From Takakia lepidozioides (Eukaryota > Plantae > Bryophyta): DNA of 64,000 nucleotides. Positions 59,223-64,000 of the stretch are shown here, in pieces (the first letter of the stretch is position 1; each line of letters starts with the position of its first letter). The notes beneath the pieces were generated by a model. That model did not search any database. It was not told the DNA's origin and saw nothing but the letters and a program-made list of their open reading frames with translations. Where the stretch lies: positions 73,408,001-73,472,000 of the forward strand of contig CM060733.1 in the NCBI GenBank assembly GCA_030704615.1. Direction: 5' to 3'. The position numbers and the translations under genes are program-made.

Positions 59223-62200
59223 TCTCTGCACTCATGCTGGCTAAAGTGGCAGGAGGCGGCGGGGCCTGACCGTTGGATCATTATGTTCTGTTCGGCAGAC
59301 TGCACGCGTACCTTTAACGATTCGAATTTCCCAATGACGCATATTCCACGAGGAGACACGTCGACCTGACCTTTCGAACCCATGTGGTGCGCTATGAGAA
59401 GTTCTAACCAGAAGCTAGACTACCTATTGAAAGGCCTAGGAAGGCCCTGATAACCTTCTTAGATAGTTACCCCACTAAGGGACCTTGAATACAAGGAAGG
59501 GGGGGAAGGATTTGTATTTGTTTTGGGCCCTAGTTTTTTGGAGTGTAGGAGCTGCCCACGGGTCGCCAGCAGTGTGGGAAAGCCCCGACTAGTGCGCCCG
59601 GGAGCCAAGGCCGCTGGGAAGGCCGATCAGATAAGCCCAGGGAGAGCCGGAGGAGGCTCTAGGAACGAGAGTTAGAGAGAGAAGTAGCTAGAGACAGGAG
59701 CGAACCAAAAGTACTATGTCCGTGTTTTACGGCTACAGTGACCCCACGTGTCAGAGCCAGGGGAAGGAAAGGCGCTGGTGGTTTATTTTAATATAGGGGG
59801 GTTGAAACTAGGCTTGGTCCCACCCCTGGAATGTCTTATGGGGGCGACAGGCCCGTTTTGCAACTAACGCATGTGCAACGGAGTCCGACCCGACGACTTC
59901 CGTACATCCGCGGAAGAGGCGGCAGTTCCCCGTGAAGGGGGAACGGATCCCGGGTATCCCGAGGTTCCATTGAGTTCCCAGGGGGTTCCCACGCCCCAGT
60001 GGGGGTACTTTTGGCACCTCTAGAGACTCCGCATGAGCCTCTATTTGGGAGGTATTTTTTCTGGAATATTGTTTTTTTTTTATCATTTCTTGCTATTTTG
60101 GTGGAGGGAAATTCCTCAATTAGGATTACCACACTTGTTTGAACTTTTTGGAATAGCAACAAAAAAAAAAGGGGGGGTGGACGCATTGCCGAAGCAAGCA
60201 TAACTTATGGTGTCACTTGACTAGAAGGGCTACTACCTTCTGGTAGGAAGATGGACACCTTTGTAACAACCAACAGGGTGGTTTGAACCCACAACCACTC
60301 ATAAGAGGAATATGAACACTTGAGAGGTGTAGTTGGAAACTTATTGAACTTTTCACCTTATCTATTTGACATTGCTTAGTGACTCTTGTCCCTTGAAGTT
60401 AAGAGAGAACTTGGGGGGAAAGAGGATTGGTCCCTTCCCGAGGGTGACTTGAACTCAAGCACTCGGGGAAGAAGGGGCAGTGGGAAAAGGAAGTGAGGTC
60501 CTCTCCTCCCTAGGTTCGGAAGGTGCTTTGTGAAGGGATGAGGTGATATCCCGGCTATAAGCGGCTCGTGGACCTAGGTAGTAGGACGTAGTAATAAACA
60601 AAGACTTGGAAGGCAGTTACTTGATAGAACGTAGAAATCTCGTAGGACTTAGAAAACGCAAACTTGCCCTGTGAAGTAGAGTCGCTAAACCCTGCTTTGC
60701 CGGTAGAAATTAGAAATCATCGATCACCCCCATTAACATTCCACGAACCCCCTACACTACCCACATCCGGGTAGGCGGTTCATCAAGCCTAACCTACACC
60801 ACAACTTACCTCGATCCCCTTAGGCTATTATGCTGTCACCCTGGCCGCGCGCAGCCAGGGCTCATCATGGAGTTGTGAATCCATACTACAGATGCGTACT
60901 CGCAGGTACTTGGAATAATGTGACAAAGCATGGTTTCTTGGCCTCTCAAAACCCTAGTAACCCCACATTGCGAAAGAAAAGCCCACTGGGAAGGAAAGAA
61001 AGCCCACTTACCAGTGGAGGTGTATGGGCAGCCACCTTGCGCCGTTTGCCTGTGTCGGGGTTCGGCATGGGAGCTGGGCCTCTCTTTTCGGCAGAGCTCT
61101 CCACCTCCTCCTCCTCCTCCTCCTCCCTTGCCAATGGCTGGTAGTCGTCAGTGTCCGTATCCCCCAACGATGAGGCCGAGCTGCCCGCACTTGGAGTTCG
61201 CCACAGGTCCTTCATGGCCAGTTGGGGGCTCCGATGCACAGAGGTCGTGGGGTCAGTTGCTCTCTTTGCAGGCGAGGGAGTTGCAACGCCGGTTCTCCGC
61301 GCCTCTCTAACGAGAGACATGGACCACGAGAGAAAAATGCAAGACAGGGAGGGAAGAAAAAGCACAGGGAGGGAAGAGAAAGCAAATGGAAGACGCGCAA
61401 CAAACCAAAAATACAAGTCCACAGGAGAATGCAAGACACGGAGGGAAGACAAAGCAGAGGAGAGACGCGCAAAAAGCAAAAAACACAAGTCCAAGGAGAC
61501 ATGGAATGAAAGTCGCTCGCGCATCCAACCGTCCATTTGAATTAAAGTACATGTGTCAATAATCCACAAACCCATGACGGGGTTTAAGTTGTTCCCAAGT
61601 GCGAACTGCCAGTTCAAACTAAACCAAAAATAGTGGAGCGAGTGACTACAGTAAGTTCCGAAGAACAACTTTATTAAGTCATGAAAAAACTGCACCGCCT
61701 CTCCATCTCATCAAGAATCTTCGTAATGGAGGGTGCCAACCGTGCATGGCAATGGCGACTTGTTTAACTCCTCGCAATCACACATGTAGCCACAACAGAA
61801 AAGACTGTTACTTGCAAAAGAAGCAATGCACCTCCAACCCACATGTATTATGTCATATTGTTCTAATCCCTTAAATCACCTGTCTCACTGATCTCCCATG
61901 CACCAAGTGGACATGGAAGGCCTAGTATTCTGTACCACATTGTGTACTCGTACATCAGTGGGTACTTCTTGCCAGTCCGCAGAAGCCTCTTGGTGCAAGC
62001 GGCAAGTCGGGCGAATTTGGGCACAGCCCTGTGCCGATGTACTCCACTTTGCCCCATCCAATGCAGGAAAATGCAGAGGACCTTCTCATTATGCTTACTA
62101 ATTTGCGTTCCTCCTCCTGAAGCAGTGCAGCTTCGGCAACGAACTCGTTCTTCAATCTCTCCATGAGACGCAGCCTGGCCTGGGTATAAGCGGTCTTGAA

Positions 62201-64000
62201 ATGCTGAGGCATTGCAAAAGAGAAAGATACAAGACAGATACGGAGAAAAGAGAAAAGAGAAAAGAGCAAGAGAGGTAAGAGCGAATGGGAGGATGGAGCG
62301 GATTCAGACTATACCCGTTTCCCATCCAGGGTAGATGAAATATATTGGGCACTCATAATCATGCCTTGAACCCGACGGACAGACTCCGTTTTCCATCCAA
62401 GGTAGATGAAAAAGATCGGGTACTCACAATCATCCACAGCTGGATATAAGCTGGATGAAATCAAGGTACAGGTTATAAAGACAAATCGTAGGTAGTAATG
62501 AAAAACCAGACCCATTCCAAGGTTAAAGGGATGAAACCAGGATGAATTTCATCCAATTTCCCCGCAACCCAAGTTCTAAGTACAAAAAATATGGAAGTTG
62601 GGATAACAATTCCAGAGAGAGAGGGAGAGAGAGGGAGAGAGAGGGATCCCACCAGCCAGCCCCTGGTATGGCAGGCCCTTACGGAGTAAGTGTGGTATGC
62701 ACTCACCCCGTAAGGGAGTGCATACCAGACTCCATCTCCAAAAAGGATAGACTCTCCTTGCTCATCAGTAAAAACCTTTGGACTATGTGCCAGAAAGGAT
62801 AATCAAGCTACTCCTTCTACTTACCAGGTAATCAGAAACAGTATAGTGAAATACATCCCTCTATTGGGTGTAACCTCTGTACAAGCCCCAAGGGATCCAT
62901 TTTTTAAATTTAAAAAACAAAAAAAAACATGTGTAAGAAACCATCAGCCTTGTGTATGGTGTTTGCTTACTCTGGTTTTTTTTGTTGTTCCACCATCACA
63001 GGCATATCTACAATCAAGGGAGGATGACATACCATATTCAGGCTGTCAGAGATCATTCCCAAGCGCCGGCATTCTTGTGTGGTGCTACAAAGAGCAAAGC
63101 CACATCCAGGAGAAGCCAAAAAGCATTTGAGCCAAAGACAAACTAAATTCTGACATAAGGCATTGGCTACAGGGGACCAGCTAGCAAGAGTAATGTACAG
63201 TGACCGGATCATATAGAAGGTGTATACATATACTCCAATATATTGTCTTACCAGGGCCTAGCTCCTAGTATCAACATTTAGAGGTCTTGTTTGTGTGGTG
63301 CTACAAAGAGCGAAGCCACATCCAGGAGAAACAAAAAAGCATTTGAGCTGAGGTTACTCTCCATGCCCAAACCATCAGCTTTGCTAGAAAAAGCACATAC
63401 CTGGTTCAGTGTGAACCATGGCTTCCCGTGTCGCCTAGAGCTGGTACCCCAAGGTCTGCAGCTCATTAATCCACTTCGGAGCACTTGATCTTGGTGGAGT
63501 TCTGTAAAAAAAGCCTTGTTAGTGTAGCCTCTTAGAGACAAGCAACACCATAAGGCAGTCTGGAAATTCAGAAAGGTAATCAATGGATAGTGTATGCAGA
63601 AACCACTAAGCATACTGGACCAGAACAGAGGGAAGATACTTTTGTCATGTCAAGACAAAGACAAGACCACTAGGGTCTTTGTCAGAAAAATAAAGAGACA
63701 TATCAGCCATTTTTCAATGGCACCATCCATCAACACCAAGCTGGAACAACCATAATTACCTTCATGCATCATAATGTGTCCATGTCAATAATTTATAAAA
63801 ACCAAAGAGTAGGTTAAGATATGATTCAGCATCAGTAGGAATCAGGATTAGCATCAGAGGTATGGGTGGGATGGTGGGTACATAGCCAGACCTTCCCTTC
63901 ATTCAACTTGAAAAAGTGTTTAGAGGCAACATTGTACATCATTGTGTTGCAGGTCAACCCTTGGTTGGTGTCAACAAGCTGGAAACCAGATGTTCTTAAT

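Larger units (their letters stand above)
55960..59225. mobile_element. Non-autonomous deletion derivative E3 of the same Mutator-like family
   Basis: Middle exons and acidic tail of the accessory gene, flanked by dense GGAAATGCGGCRCCGCATTTCC arrays. No transposase, ParB motif or MTase domain. Confidence 0.75.

Noticed and set aside
1-59225. TIRs or TSDs for E1-E3
   Set aside because: Copies are truncated by other insertions or the window edge and no termini could be identified, so mobility is inferred only from the transposase motifs and multiple copies.
59390-62270. Possible LTR and a minus-strand gene (exon-like 61012-61320, ORF 61955-62269)
   Set aside because: Coding-like pieces and a gtaagt donor exist, but no domain, element boundary or consistent gene model could be supported.
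63075-63349. ~58-bp direct duplication (63075-63132 / 63291-63349)
   Set aside because: Real but uninformative; likely decayed retroelement debris.

Overview
Eukaryotic, intron-containing, TE-dense plant DNA. PLS-type PPR remnants and bryophyte-like retroelements suggest a non-seed land plant (inference). Only one intact host gene is seen: a 3-exon TPR-repeat protein at 46863-48851 (-). The rest is nested, decayed TEs: CACTA, Ty3/gypsy, a Helitron-type PIF1, LINE fragments and PPR pseudogenes. The most notable content is three divergent copies of one unusual Mutator-like element family (E1 ~1-9045, E2 ~23454-34181, E3 ~55960-59225). In E1 and E2 a DDE transposase with a GCM-like zinc-finger sits head-to-head with a second spliced gene. 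In E2 that gene encodes a ParB/Srx-like domain followed by a beta-class N4C/N6A DNA-methyltransferase-like domain. Each copy carries many copies of its own palindrome, concentrated in introns and intergenic DNA (E1 TAGTCG-N4-CGACTA; E2 GGAAATTCGGCGCCGAATTTCC; E3 GGAAATGCGGCRCCGCATTTCC), in places at a fixed 53-bp spacing. This is a candidate sequence-specific self-marking or anti-silencing system. Also seen: a CACTA-associated SET-domain gene, a 2A-like motif, and two small inversions that can be reconstructed from broken TE reading frames. All domain calls are from motif reading by eye; no database search was run, so novelty is unverified.
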